DNA of 64,000 bases from the NCBI GenBank assembly GCA_964016885.1, contig OZ024741.1:343542001-343606000 (forward strand), given 5' to 3'. Both the position numbers and the translations under genes were made by a program. Source of the DNA: Eledone cirrhosa (lineage: Eukaryota). How positions within the stretch are numbered: the stretch's first letter is position 1; every line of letters starts with the position of its first letter. Positions 39,630-56,605 of the stretch are shown here, in pieces. The notes beneath the pieces were generated by a model. It did not search any database. It was not told the origin of the DNA and saw nothing but the letters and a program-made list of their open reading frames with translations.

Positions 39630-41590
39630 TGGACTCTGCTACACTGGACACCAACCAAGTATTCACAACGCCACAGCAGTAGGTTAAGCCGCGCTGGACA
39701 ACATCCCAGTATTTCAGAACACTCGGTGTTCAAAATTCCGCCGAAGTGGCGCGAAGGTACCACAAATTTGGTGCCTAATCACGTGATGTCCCTCATGAGA
39801 GGAGTATGAACACGTTTTGATAGTATTTCTCACAGTATTGAACTAATCTGAACGTAATAAAACTGTGTTGTGTTTATATATCTAATATATATCTGATATT
39901 TTATATTGATGCAAACAAACTAGCCAACTTATACAGAGACATCGCGAGTAATAACCGTCTTACACCCATAGGGTTAAAGACTCTATCAAAAATAATGTCG
40001 CTATCATCTTAGAAAATTCGGCTGAAGCACATGATGCAGACACTGGAAAACATTATTAAACCTATTGATAGAGACACCCCTGAACATAATGTTAATGTAG
40101 GCAACTTTGAACCTGAAGTAGTAGATGGTAAGCTGAAACTGAGGTAACAGAAGGTAGGAATGAAGCTGAAGCTGCAATGGTAAATGTATTTGTTAAAGCC
40201 AATAGATATAAAATACGTCAGGCAAAAAAACATTATCTTGAAAGAGTTAGGCATTTCTAAACATTTAGAAATGTGAATAAGAGAGATCAATTACCAATGT
40301 TTCAAAAGAATAAATCAAATCACTTTACGGTCAAAATTCATGAATGCCCCGAAGCAACTTCTCCTTGAATATGAGACAGATATATCTTCATTAAACCATC
40401 TTATATACTCAACATCTATTACCGACATACAGACAAAATAGGTACCAAAATAAAGGAAAGGCTCCCGAAAAAGCATGCAAAGAGCCAAGGGGGCAAGAAC
40501 GCATAAATAAGGAAATTGAGAGCTTCCGAGGGGAATTATCGATCTTAGATGAACTCCCCAAGGGAAATAATGTAAAATAGAGAATGGCTAGAAAGTTGAA
40601 ACGAAAGTACAATCTGATAAACATGAATGAAGTACTGAAAGCAAAAGAGATGGTTAAGCAAAATGTTCAGGTTGAGGCTCAATGCTTATGCAGATATGAA
40701 AAGAGAAAAACACATTTTACAGATAAAATAAGATATTTAAAATTGATACCAAGAGATTCGAGCTAACGTAAGAGTGGATCGATGTAAAAACAACCCACCT
40801 GATATGAAAGAAGTAGAGACATTTTGGAAAAATACACACAGCGATAGAAAGAAATTTAACGAAGAAGAAACAATAGTTGAGATTGAAGAACAGGAATGAG
40901 AAGTTATTACAATATAGGAACTAACTCCATCTAAACCTCAAAAGTGTAAGTCCGCTGGACAGTATAAAATCCCAATCTTCTGGTTTAATAGCCTCTCATC
41001 ATCCCACCGCCAGTTAATGGAACGTTTCTTCGATATCATCTGAAACCCCCGAAAACACTCCAAACTGGCTCAAATTAAGGATAACATATCTACACCCTAA
41101 AAGGAGTGAAACAAAAACCCGAAAACCAACAGCCCGATCACATGTTTGACAATTATGTACAAAATACTTACATCCATCCTTACCGAAAGGATGTACCAAT
41201 TTCTCGATCAAAACAATATCCTACCTCTTGAGTAAAAAAGGTTGTAAAAGAAACTCATACTGCTGCAAAACCTGCTATCAATAAACCGTATGATACTCGA
41301 AAATTGCTCATCGAAAAATCGAAATCTTGGCACAATATAAATTGACTATCGTAAGGCGTTTGACAGTGTCCCACATAGCTGGATCTTAAAGGCGCTAAAT
41401 ATATATATATATATTAAGCATCTTCTTTCGTAAAACGGTTTTCTGCAACATAGTATCGTATTGTGGAACACGAAATTGTTTTTCAGCCACGAGAAAGGCT
41501 TGAATGAGTCAGAAAATATCAAAATAGATGGTGAAATATTCCAGGGCGATTCATTGTTGCTGCCACTTCTCTTCTGTCTTTCCCTATTGA
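39630..41590 (+). mobile_element. Old, heavily decayed Dong/R4-like element, 3'-truncated
   Basis: Manual reading: IDANKLAN, RPITCLTIMYKILTSIL, IDYRKAFDSVPHSWILKAL (~41341) and IFQGDSL (~41538), with many stops. Confidence 0.8.
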
Positions 41591-43273
41591 TGTAAAAGTT
41601 TTTATAATTATGTCTTAGGTGAGGGTTTTCGCATGCAAAAGCTCATTAACTTTATATAAATTTTAAGTTTATTTATTAAGGAAAGGACTATAATAAGAAT
41701 ATTTATTTCACCAGCAATGCGTTAGCATTCATTCCCTATTACAAAGAAAATCTTCGGAAATTTTTAACCCGCATAAATTCATTAGAAAATTTACTATGAC
41801 TTTATCTTCGCATAACGTAACATCTAATCCTGAGCAAGTTGGTAATTGATTTTTCAAAATTCAATGCTTTAATTAGTAAATATATGTCGATTTACGGGTA
41901 GAAATTCATAATATCAAAAATTTACTACTATTTTCCTTTCATCTAGGTTATTCAATCTCCCTTAATTCACACCATTTTATTTTATTTTGCTTTATACGTT
42001 GTCCACTTTACTATTCGCTTTAGTTAATCCTCCATTTTCTTCTCTTTATCTTTTTTAAATTCATCTCACTATATTCAACTTCATTATATGTGTTTAATAT
42101 TTAAACAATTTATTTATTTGTTTTCTACGTTTTATGCATTCACTTAATTCTTTATTTAATAAGCGAAACCGATATTTCTCATCTTGATGTATTCGTTTGG
42201 CATTATCACTAACTACCATTATATTCCCCATTCTTATTTCATTCTATGATATTTCAATTTATTTTGATTTTGCCTACAAATAATTTTAACATCGCTTTGA
42301 CTGAGATTTTTGTCTTGTTATAATTCAAACAATTCCTTTCTTTAACAATGTAATCAACACTTAGAAAATACAATATTATTAACAAAATCATATCTCCGAC
42401 AATTATTAATTTCTGGAGTGACATTTCAGAATATTACCTCTTTATTCTCAATGGATATTTAATTAGTGCTATTAAATACTATACTTAGCTCTCCATCACA
42501 CAAATTCGTAAAATTGCATCTGTGTACGAAAACTAATCTTTTACCATTAATCACATTTAGACACCTATTACCTACGGTCCCCTAAAAACATATTTCGTGG
42601 GATTTTCTTGATCTCCTGTTTGACACATTGACATTTTATGCCCATTGATATTAAAATTCGCTAGTATTTATTAAACAGGTAACAAATTTCGTTTCAAACA
42701 GTAAGCAGTATATTCTCTTTAAACATTTTCGTATCAATCTGCCCATCTAATATTTCCACGACAACCAATATTAACAACCACTTACTTTTGAAATAAATCC
42801 TTTCCCTATGTTAATTCATGTTACTCTCCACTCTTTAAAAAAGGCAACACTTTAATATCAATCATTTATTCCAGCTCCTAAGGTTCTTAAAATGTTGCCA
42901 AGATCTACATACATGTAACACTATACTATAGTTTATTTATATTTATTGAAAATTCCTTATTATTCCAATGATTTGGAAGAGTTCAGTAGGAATGAAATAG
43001 TTTGTTTCCTATAGGCATTCATCTAAATACACTTTTCACCTCAGCTAATCATACACCTAACAGTATGCATTTAAATTTGTATTTAAATATATATATCATT
43101 ATCTCTCTATATATGTACAAAATACTAGTTTGTTTCTAAAGTGATATATTCAGGTATATATTTGTTTACACCTATATCATAGATATTCTGAACAGATGTT
43201 AATTGAGTTTTTTTACTGAGAAATATTATCGATGTATATTTTATATGTATTGATTAAACCTAAAATTAACTTT

Positions 43274-43345
<72 letters not shown>

Positions 43346-43384
43346 AAAGTTAATTTATATATATATATATATAGAGAGAGAGGG

Positions 43385-43420
<36 letters not shown>

Positions 43421-43842
43421 GAGAGAGAGTAATGTGTGTATTTGACGTAATAGTACTTCTTACTTATATACAAATCTTGTTTATTTAACCAGTATTCTAC
43501 CGGTTATGTTACTCTTTTCAATTCATTTCTTTAAAGCGCATGATTAGAGAATATATTAATATATTTTCAATGCTTTTTACTAGAGATGACACATATATGG
43601 CAACAATTTATTATTTGCATATATGAGCCCGCATGTAAAATCATATGATGTTGAATTTGCTAGACAAACCGTTAGATGATTAAATTATGGAAGGGAAAGT
43701 TCACAACCTAAATATATAAAACGCTGCAATAAGGACCATCACATCTCCTTTTTCATTGTCTGTGTTTCACATGTTTTATAAATTCAACTGCTTTAATCTA
43801 TGCAATTCATCAATTCCTCCAATTTCATCTATATCTATCTAT

Positions 43843-44044
43843 CCCCCGCCGCCTTCATTTAAGAATGAAGGAGAGGCGGGGTTCCTCTGTCTGGTGGCTA
43901 TGGCGAAAGAGGTAATATAGTGGACGAGGTTAAACCTGTGGTGCGTGTGTTTCTTATTGGCAACATGACCCTCCCAAAGTATAACAATATCGGTTTCAAC
44001 ACACGTTTTCAGATAAAGAATCTTGCTAAACAAATTCAGAAACG

Positions 44045-44048
<4 letters not shown>
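43843..44048 (+). mobile_element. Chimeric fragment: Tx1 ORF2 piece joined to a PLE pseudo-LTR end and tail
   Basis: 43843-43935 ([16 protein letters not shown]) resembles ~5225-5312. 43939-44048 matches 21221-21272 plus 25546-25620. Confidence 0.7.
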
Positions 44049-44140
<92 letters not shown>

Positions 44141-44145
44141 GTATG

Positions 44146-44179
<34 letters not shown>

Positions 44180-44600
44180 TGTATGTATGTATATACAGAT
44201 ATACAGTGGCGGACTGGGTCTAAAAATATTGACTGCCAGGAGATGAAGGGGGCCCACCTACATATAGAATGCTATCATGTAATTTTTATAATGAATAAAT
44301 AAAATTTTCAAAAAATACATAAGTGGAAACAAAACAGTGTAATCAACTTTTTGCGGGAAAATATCTTACCTTCTTCAATAAAAAATAGGTATTTTGTGAA
44401 ATCCAGAGACTTTCAATAATTACCTTTGGTCTTTCACACTCACACTATATATATATATATATATAATAATAATATTATTTATAGTTATATATACACTATA
44501 TATAACTATAAACAGGAAAGGTCAGTATTTTATAACTACCTTATTACCAGTAAGAAAAATAGCTCAATGTAAATACATCAGATGTTTTACAAAACAGGAA

Positions 44601-45390
<790 letters not shown>

Positions 45391-45656
45391 CAATATATAT
45401 ATATAGTAATGGAAAAAATTTAACGAAATTTCATTTCTCACTCTTAGTACTCTTGTTACTTAAATATAAGTATGTATACGTACATACATATATGTATACA
45501 GACGTACAGTAGTATGTATATATATATACCTACATGCACATATATATATATATGTAGGTATGGATTTACCGAACATTTATTATAGTGCTCGGATGTTTGT
45601 AAACCAACATCCCGAATTAAGCCGTACACTGTTTAGCAACCAACGTTGCCCTTTTG

Positions 45657-45706
<50 letters not shown>

Positions 45707-45788
45707 CACCTTCACCACTAATTGATTTTACAGGTGTCTTTAACCCATTGGTACCAAAGATTATTTAGCCAGTAATTCATGTATGTGT

Positions 45789-45855
<67 letters not shown>

Positions 45856-46543
45856 GTAGAGCTATTTGCCCTATAATATATTTTGGTTCCTATTAATTCC
45901 TTGCGGAATTGATTGACAAAATGCTTAGCTTATTTCTTTTATTATTATTTTTTTAATTTCATTCTTTCTCTTAGACTTCGGGTATTCTTTGAAAGCTAAG
46001 CATTTGCCCCTAAGATACTACAGTGGGTCCTGCAATGCTACTGTGAGGTCCTGCAATGCTACCGTGGACCTCCTGGGGCCCATTTGCCATTGGGCAACCT
46101 GGCAACCTGGCCAGTCCACCACTGTATATATATATATATATATATATACATATTTCCACTCACTCCCTCTCTGTTTCTCCCCTTCTCACTTCCTCCCGTT
46201 CGTTAGTAGTGGGATTCTTTCTTTCTCACATCTCATTCACGTCGGCGGTCTGTTTTCTGACCGTTCATGAAATTCTCCCAGCTTATGCTGACCGGATAAC
46301 CATCATGTTGCTTGCTTTTCTCCTACCTTCGGTTTACTTTTCCTTCTATGTTGTTTACTTGTCTCACTCGCTTTACGCGATTCACTTGTCCCAATAGCTT
46401 ATTTTAGTTATTGCTCGCACCAACCTGAGGTATATGATTTTTAATGCGATGAAATACCAATGATGGTTGGCAAATCACTGATGAGGGACTAATTTTATAA
46501 TATGTAACCCATGTGCAACCACGCAGTTTTCCTCTTTCTTCCC

Positions 46544-46645
<102 letters not shown>

Positions 46646-46647
46646 TG

Positions 46648-47487
46648 TTTTCTCTTTCTCTTAATTTTGAGTATATTTTTTTGACCGGCCACTCTCCTGG
46701 TGGCAAGGTTGTAAAAGAAAAGAAATTGTCATCCCTTGAATCGCAAGAATGTTTTGCAAATTTTGAAGGTGCCAGCTATCGCAGCCATTTGTAGACTATG
46801 AATTAGGGAGCTGCGCTTTTTTTCCGCAAATCCAAGTTCAGTCATACTTTGGTCCAAGCGGGTTGGTATATAACCCGTAGCACCAATAATGATGGGTATG
46901 AAGCTAAAGGTGTATCTTGGATACTGGATTTGTAAACTCCTCATCAATGGTCCGTAGATGTCCTCCTTCTCCTGTATTTTTCTGACAACGTTTACATCAA
47001 GTGGGCAACTGATCTCCACAACAGAACACGTTTTCAATGTGTGGTCCCAAACTACAATATCAGGCCGGTTGTGCTTTAATCTGGTGGCAGTTTTTATTTT
47101 CAGGTTCCACCAGTATTCCTTAGTGCCATCTGTCTCAATATATTCTTCCTCGTTTGTTATTAATTTTGTTTTCCGAAGTGCGTTCCAGATGGTTCTAGCT
47201 ATCCCATCGTGTCTCATGGGGAGGTAGTAGCGAGATGACATTCTTTCGCAGCTGGCAACAATGTGGCTTACATCCTCGATCTTTGTTTTACATAGCCTAC
47301 ATTTATTGTCAGCTGCTGGCCCTCCTCTTTTGTGCAGCAGATATTTGGTAGGGAGTTCTTGTTCCTGTATTGCATAGAGATATCCCTCAAGGTGTGATGT
47401 CATAAACTTGTCGGAACTCCATGCCAGGCTTTTTGAGTGGTTTATCCCCTCTATGGTCTGTGTTTTACGCCTCAAGTATCCATGCAC
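46648..47487 (-). mobile_element. 5'-truncated RLE non-LTR element in (TATG)n, copy 1
   Basis: Open 252 aa frame with CRLC..EDVSHIVASC, RHD and RPDIVVWD..VVEISCP..KEDIY, a short 3' UTR, then (CATA)n. Confidence 0.9.
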
Positions 47488-48615
47488 ATGTATGTATGTA
47501 TGTATGTATGTATGTATGTATGTATGTATGTATGTATGTATGTATATACAGTGGCGGACTGGGTCTAAAAATATTGACTGCCAGGAGATGAAGGGGGCCC
47601 ACCTACATATAGAATGCTATCATGTAATTTTTATAATGAATAAATAAAATTTTCAAAAAATACATAAGTGGAAACAAAACAGTGTAATCAACTTTTTGCG
47701 GGAAAATATCTTACCTTCTTCAATAAAAAATAGGTATTTTGTGAAATCCAGAGACTTTCAATAATTACCTTTGGTCTTTCACACTCACACTATATATATA
47801 TATATATATAATAATAATATTATTTATAGTTATATATACACTATATATAACTATAAACAGGAAAGGTCAGTATTTTATAACTACCTTATTACCAGTAAGA
47901 AAAATAGCTCAATGTAAATACATCAGATGTTTTACAAAACAGGAATATAAATTACACAATAATCAAAACTATGTTCAAATAATTTTATTGCTGACAATCG
48001 TTTCTTCCAAACTTTTGCTCGTGTTCTTCGGAGCTTTAGCAAAGTTTGGACATATAATTAACTTCCTATTCAACTGAACAATCATAGATACATGGATATT
48101 AATGTTGTCATCAACAGTTTCGTATTTACAGAGTGGAATGGATGTGACAGAGATTACAAGAGAATAGTATAATAATTAAAGCAGTATAGAGAGTGCAAGT
48201 GCGTTAGGCATATACAGGACAGTTAGGTAGGAAAACAAGCAATGATACTAGGTATATATAATTACTGCATGGCAAAAGAATCGCATAAAATAACATAGGT
48301 TTACAAGCATATAAAGCAGGCAAAGGTGTTTGTGTATTAAAATCATGAGTTTATGGTGAATGTAGTGTGATAATTATTTCTGTAATGTTCAGATGTGCGT
48401 GTGTTGAGAGTATTATTATTATTATTGTTATCACTCTGTAAATACGAAACTGTTAATGACAACATTAATATCCATGTATCTATATGATTGTTCAGTTGAA
48501 TAAGAAGTTATTTATATGTCCAAACTTTGCTAGTGCTCCAAAGATGTCAAACGAAAGCTTGGAAGAAACGATTGTCAGCAATAAAATGATTTGAACATAG
48601 TTTGATTATTGTGTA

Positions 48616-48721
<106 letters not shown>

Positions 48722-48987
48722 CAATATATATATATAGTAATGGAAAAAATTTAACGAAATTTCATTTCTCACTCTTAGTACTCTTGTTACTTAAATATAA
48801 GTATGTATACGTACATACATATATGTATACAGACGTACAGTAGTATGTATATATATATACCTACATGCACATATATATATATATGTAGGTATGGATTTAC
48901 CGAACATTTATTATAGTGCTCGGATGTTTGTAAACCAACATCCCGAATTAAGCCGTACACTGTTTAGCAACCAACGTTGCCCTTTTG

Positions 48988-49035
<48 letters not shown>

Positions 49036-49117
49036 CACCTTCACCACTAATTGATTTTACAGGTGTCTTTAACCCATTGGTACCAAAGATTATTTAGCCA
49101 GTAATTCATGTATGTGT

Positions 49118-49172
<55 letters not shown>

Positions 49173-49441
49173 GTAGAGCTATTTGCCCTATAATATATTT
49201 TGGTTCCTATTAATTCCTTGCGGAATTGATTGACAAAATGCTTAGCTTATTTCTTTTATTATTATTTTTTTAATTTCATTCTTTCTCTTAGACTTCGGGT
49301 ATTCTTTGAAAGCTAAGCATTTGCCCCTAAGATACTACAGTGGGTCCTGCAATGCTACTGTGAGGTCCTGCAATGCTACCGTGGACCTCCTGGGGCCCAT
49401 TTGCCATTGGGCAACCTGGCAACCTGGCCAGTCCACCACTG

Positions 49442-49472
<31 letters not shown>

Positions 49473-49862
49473 TTCCACTCACTCCCTCTCTGTTTCTCCC
49501 CTTCTCACTTCCTCCCGTTCGTTAGTAGTGGGATTCTTTCTTTCTCACATCTCATTCACGTCGGCGGTCTGTTTTCTGACCGTTCATGAAATTCTCCCAG
49601 CTTATGCTGACCGGATAACCATCATGTTGCTTGCTTTTCTCCTACCTTCGGTTTACTTTTCCTTCTATGTTGTTTACTTGTCTCACTCGCTTTACGCGAT
49701 TCACTTGTCCCAATAGCTTATTTTAGTTATTGCTCGCACCAACCTGAGGTATATGATTTTTAATGCGATGAAATACCAATGATGGTTGGCAAATCACTGA
49801 TGAGGGACTAATTTTATAATATGTAACCCATGTGCAACCACGCAGTTTTCCTCTTTCTTCCC

Positions 49863-49964
<102 letters not shown>

Positions 49965-49966
49965 TG

Positions 49967-50806
49967 TTTTCTCTTTCTCTTAATTTTGAGTATATTTTTT
50001 TGACCGGCCACTCTCCTGGTGGCAAGGTTGTAAAAGAAAAGAAATTGTCATCCCTTGAATCGCAAGAATGTTTTGCAAATTTTGAAGGTGCCAGCTATCG
50101 CAGCCATTTGTAGACTATGAATTAGGGAGCTGCGCTTTTTTTCCGCAAATCCAAGTTCAGTCATACTTTGGTCCAAGCGGGTTGGTATATAACCCGTAGC
50201 ACCAATAATGATGGGTATGAAGCTAAAGGTGTATCTTGGATACTGGATTTGTAAACTCCTCATCAATGGTCCGTAGATGTCCTCCTTCTCCTGTATTTTT
50301 CTGACAACGTTTACATCAAGTGGGCAACTGATCTCCACAACAGAACACGTTTTCAATGTGTGGTCCCAAACTACAATATCAGGCCGGTTGTGCTTTAATC
50401 TGGTGGCAGTTTTTATTTTCAGGTTCCACCAGTATTCCTTAGTGCCATCTGTCTCAATATATTCTTCCTCGTTTGTTATTAATTTTGTTTTCCGAAGTGC
50501 GTTCCAGATGGTTCTAGCTATCCCATCGTGTCTCATGGGGAGGTAGTAGCGAGATGACATTCTTTCGCAGCTGGCAACAATGTGGCTTACATCCTCGATC
50601 TTTGTTTTACATAGCCTACATTTATTGTCAGCTGCTGGCCCTCCTCTTTTGTGCAGCAGATATTTGGTAGGGAGTTCTTGTTCCTGTATTGCATAGAGAT
50701 ATCCCTCAAGGTGTGATGTCATAAACTTGTCGGAACTCCATGCCAGGCTTTTTGAGTGGTTTATCCCCTCTATGGTCTGTGTTTTACGCCTCAAGTATCC
50801 ATGCAC
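49967..50806 (-). mobile_element. RLE fragment, copy 2
   Basis: Same 252 aa translation as copy 1. Confidence 0.9.
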
Positions 50807-51934
50807 ATGTATGTATGTATGTATGTATGTATGTATGTATGTATGTATGTATATATGTATGTATATACAGTGGCGGACTGGGTCTAAAAATATTGACTGC
50901 CAGGAGATGAAGGGGGCCCACCTACATATAGAATGCTATCATGTAATTTTTATAATGAATAAATAAAATTTTCAAAAAATACATAAGTGGAAACAAAACA
51001 GTGTAATCAACTTTTTGCGGGAAAATATCTTACCTTCTTCAATAAAAAATAGGTATTTTGTGAAATCCAGAGACTTTCAATAATTACCTTTGGTCTTTCA
51101 CACTCACACTATATATATATATATATATAATAATAATATTATTTATAGTTATATATACACTATATATAACTATAAACAGGAAAGGTCAGTATTTTATAAC
51201 TACCTTATTACCAGTAAGAAAAATAGCTCAATGTAAATACATCAGATGTTTTACAAAACAGGAATATAAATTACACAATAATCAAAACTATGTTCAAATA
51301 ATTTTATTGCTGACAATCGTTTCTTCCAAACTTTTGCTCGTGTTCTTCGGAGCTTTAGCAAAGTTTGGACATATAATTAACTTCCTATTCAACTGAACAA
51401 TCATAGATACATGGATATTAATGTTGTCATCAACAGTTTCGTATTTACAGAGTGGAATGGATGTGACAGAGATTACAAGAGAATAGTATAATAATTAAAG
51501 CAGTATAGAGAGTGCAAGTGCGTTAGGCATATACAGGACAGTTAGGTAGGAAAACAAGCAATGATACTAGGTATATATAATTACTGCATGGCAAAAGAAT
51601 CGCATAAAATAACATAGGTTTACAAGCATATAAAGCAGGCAAAGGTGTTTGTGTATTAAAATCATGAGTTTATGGTGAATGTAGTGTGATAATTATTTCT
51701 GTAATGTTCAGATGTGCGTGTGTTGAGAGTATTATTATTATTATTGTTATCACTCTGTAAATACGAAACTGTTAATGACAACATTAATATCCATGTATCT
51801 ATATGATTGTTCAGTTGAATAAGAAGTTATTTATATGTCCAAACTTTGCTAGTGCTCCAAAGATGTCAAACGAAAGCTTGGAAGAAACGATTGTCAGCAA
51901 TAAAATGATTTGAACATAGTTTGATTATTGTGTA

Positions 51935-52042
<108 letters not shown>

Positions 52043-52310
52043 CAATATATATATATATAGTAATGGAAAAAATTTAACGAAATTTCATTTCTCACTCTTA
52101 GTACTCTTGTTACTTAAATATAAGTATGTATACGTACATACATATATGTATACAGACGTACAGTAGTATGTATATATATATACCTACATGCACATATATA
52201 TATATATGTAGGTATGGATTTACCGAACATTTATTATAGTGCTCGGATGTTTGTAAACCAACATCCCGAATTAAGCCGTACACTGTTTAGCAACCAACGT
52301 TGCCCTTTTG

Positions 52311-52346
<36 letters not shown>

Positions 52347-52428
52347 CACCTTCACCACTAATTGATTTTACAGGTGTCTTTAACCCATTGGTACCAAAGA
52401 TTATTTAGCCAGTAATTCATGTATGTGT

Positions 52429-52481
<53 letters not shown>

Positions 52482-53165
52482 GTAGAGCTATTTGCCCTAT
52501 AATATATTTTGGTTCCTATTAATTCCTTGCGGAATTGATTGACAAAATGCTTAGCTTATTTCTTTTATTATTATTTTTTTAATTTCATTCTTTCTCTTAG
52601 ACTTCGGGTATTCTTTGAAAGCTAAGCATTTGCCCCTAAGATACTACAGTGGGCCCTGCAATGCTACTGTGAGGTCCTGCAATGCTACCGTGGACCTCCT
52701 GGGGCCCACTTGCCATTGGGCAACCTGGCAACCTGGCCAGTCCACCACTGTATATATATATATATATATACATATTTCCACTCACTCCCTCTCTGTTTCT
52801 CCCCTTCTCACTTCCTCCCGTTCGTTAGTAGTGGGATTCTTTCTTTCTCACATCTCATTCACGTCGGCGGTCTGTTTTCTGACCGTTCATGAAATTCTCC
52901 CAGCTTATGCTGACCGGATAACCATCATGTTGCTTGCTTTTCTCCTACCTTCGGTTTACTTTTCCTTCTATGTTGTTTACTTGTCTCACTCGCTTTACGC
53001 GATTCACTTGTCCCAATAGCTTATTTTAGTTATTGCTCGCACCAACCTGAGGTATATGATTTTTAATGCGATGAAATACCAATGATGGTTGGCAAATCAC
53101 TGATGAGGGACTAATTTTATAATATGTAACCCATGTGCAACCACGCAGTTTTCCTCTTTCTTCCC

Positions 53166-53267
<102 letters not shown>

Positions 53268-53269
53268 TG

Positions 53270-54109
53270 TTTTCTCTTTCTCTTAATTTTGAGTATATTT
53301 TTTTGACCGGCCACTCTCCTGGTGGCAAGGTTGTAAAAGAAAAGAAATTGTCATCCCTTGAATCGCAAGAATGTTTTGCAAATTTTGAAGGTGCCAGCTA
53401 TCGCAGCCATTTGTAGACTATGAATTAGGGAGCTGCGCTTTTTTTCCGCAAATCCAAGTTCAGTCATACTTTGGTCCAAGCGGGTTGGTATATAACCCGT
53501 AGCACCAATAATGATGGGTATGAAGCTAAAGGTGTATCTTGGATACTGGATTTGTAAACTCCTCATCAATGGTCCGTAGATGTCCTCCTTCTCCTGTATT
53601 TTTCTGACAACGTTTACATCAAGTGGGCAACTGATCTCCACAACAGAACACGTTTTCAATGTGTGGTCCCAAACTACAATATCAGGCCGGTTGTGCTTTA
53701 ATCTGGTGGCAGTTTTTATTTTCAGGTTCCACCAGTATTCCTTAGTGCCATCTGTCTCAATATATTCTTCCTCGTTTGTTATTAATTTTGTTTTCCGAAG
53801 TGCGTTCCAGATGGTTCTAGCTATCCCATCGTGTCTCATGGGGAGGTAGTAGCGAGATGACATTCTTTCGCAGCTGGCAACAATGTGGCTTACATCCTCG
53901 ATCTTTGTTTTACATAGCCTACATTTATTGTCAGCTGCTGGCCCTCCTCTTTTGTGCAGCAGATATTTGGTAGGGAGTTCTTGTTCCTGTATTGCATAGA
54001 GATATCCCTCAAGGTGTGATGTCATAAACTTGTCGGAACTCCATGCCAGGCTTTTTGAGTGGTTTATCCCCTCTATGGTCTGTGTTTTACGCCTCAAGTA
54101 TCCATGCAC
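53270..54109 (-). mobile_element. RLE fragment, copy 3
   Basis: Same 252 aa translation as copy 1. Confidence 0.9.
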
Positions 54110-55237
54110 ATGTATGTATGTATGTATGTATGTATGTATGTATGTATGTATGTATATATGTATGTATATACAGTGGCGGACTGGGTCTAAAAATATTGAC
54201 TGCCAGGAGATGAAGGGGGCCCACCTACATATAGAATGCTATCATGTAATTTTTATAATGAATAAATAAAATTTTCAAAAAATACATAAGTGGAAACAAA
54301 ACAGTGTAATCAACTTTTTGCGGGAAAATATCTTACCTTCTTCAATAAAAAATAGGTATTTTGTGAAATCCAGAGACTTTCAATAATTACCTTTGGTCTT
54401 TCACACTCACACTATATATATATATATATATAATAATAATATTATTTATAGTTATATATACACTATATATAACTATAAACAGGAAAGGTCAGTATTTTAT
54501 AACTACCTTATTACCAGTAAGAAAAATAGCTCAATGTAAATACATCAGATGTTTTACAAAACAGGAATATAAATTACACAATAATCAAAACTATGTTCAA
54601 ATAATTTTATTGCTGACAATCGTTTCTTCCAAACTTTTGCTCGTGTTCTTCGGAGCTTTAGCAAAGTTTGGACATATAATTAACTTCCTATTCAACTGAA
54701 CAATCATAGATACATGGATATTAATGTTGTCATCAACAGTTTCGTATTTACAGAGTGGAATGGATGTGACAGAGATTACAAGAGAATAGTATAATAATTA
54801 AAGCAGTATAGAGAGTGCAAGTGCGTTAGGCATATACAGGACAGTTAGGTAGGAAAACAAGCAATGATACTAGGTATATATAATTACTGCATGGCAAAAG
54901 AATCGCATAAAATAACATAGGTTTACAAGCATATAAAGCAGGCAAAGGTGTTTGTGTATTAAAATCATGAGTTTATGGTGAATGTAGTGTGATAATTATT
55001 TCTGTAATGTTCAGATGTGCGTGTGTTGAGAGTATTATTATTATTATTGTTATCACTCTGTAAATACGAAACTGTTAATGACAACATTAATATCCATGTA
55101 TCTATATGATTGTTCAGTTGAATAAGAAGTTATTTATATGTCCAAACTTTGCTAGTGCTCCAAAGATGTCAAACGAAAGCTTGGAAGAAACGATTGTCAG
55201 CAATAAAATGATTTGAACATAGTTTGATTATTGTGTA

Positions 55238-55345
<108 letters not shown>

Positions 55346-55613
55346 CAATATATATATATATAGTAATGGAAAAAATTTAACGAAATTTCATTTCTCACTC
55401 TTAGTACTCTTGTTACTTAAATATAAGTATGTATACGTACATACATATATGTATACAGACGTACAGTAGTATGTATATATATATACCTACATGCACATAT
55501 ATATATATATGTAGGTATGGATTTACCGAACATTTATTATAGTGCTCGGATGTTTGTAAACCAACATCCCGAATTAAGCCGTACACTGTTTAGCAACCAA
55601 CGTTGCCCTTTTG

Positions 55614-55649
<36 letters not shown>

Positions 55650-55731
55650 CACCTTCACCACTAATTGATTTTACAGGTGTCTTTAACCCATTGGTACCAA
55701 AGATTATTTAGCCAGTAATTCATGTATGTGT

Positions 55732-55782
<51 letters not shown>

Positions 55783-56466
55783 GTAGAGCTATTTGCCCTA
55801 TAATATATTTTGGTTCCTATTAATTCCTTGCGGAATTGATTGACAAAATGCTTAGCTTATTTCTTTTATTATTATTTTTTTAATTTCATTCTTTCTCTTA
55901 GACTTCGGGTATTCTTTGAAAGCTAAGCATTTGCCCCTAAGATACTACAGTGGGCCCTGCAATGCTACTGTGAGGTCCTGCAATGCTACCGTGGACCTCC
56001 TGGGGCCCACTTGCCATTGGGCAACCTGGCAACCTGGCCAGTCCACCACTGTATATATATATATATATATACATATTTCCACTCACTCCCTCTCTGTTTC
56101 TCCCCTTCTCACTTCCTCCCGTTCGTTAGTAGTGGGATTCTTTCTTTCTCACATCTCATTCACGTCGGCGGTCTGTTTTCTGACCGTTCATGAAATTCTC
56201 CCAGCTTATGCTGACCGGATAACCATCATGTTGCTTGCTTTTCTCCTACCTTCGGTTTACTTTTCCTTCTATGTTGTTTACTTGTCTCACTCGCTTTACG
56301 CGATTCACTTGTCCCAATAGCTTATTTTAGTTATTGCTCGCACCAACCTGAGGTATATGATTTTTAATGCGATGAAATACCAATGATGGTTGGCAAATCA
56401 CTGATGAGGGACTAATTTTATAATATGTAACCCATGTGCAACCACGCAGTTTTCCTCTTTCTTCCC

Positions 56467-56552
<86 letters not shown>

Positions 56553-56605
56553 CTGAACAAAAGAGAAAAACTAACACAGATATATACATATATGTGTTTA
56601 AATCT

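Noticed and set aside
46448-46520. CTGATGA in each array unit as a hammerhead
   Set aside because: No downstream GAAA closes stem II, and the upstream GAAA arrangement lacks a valid UH site.
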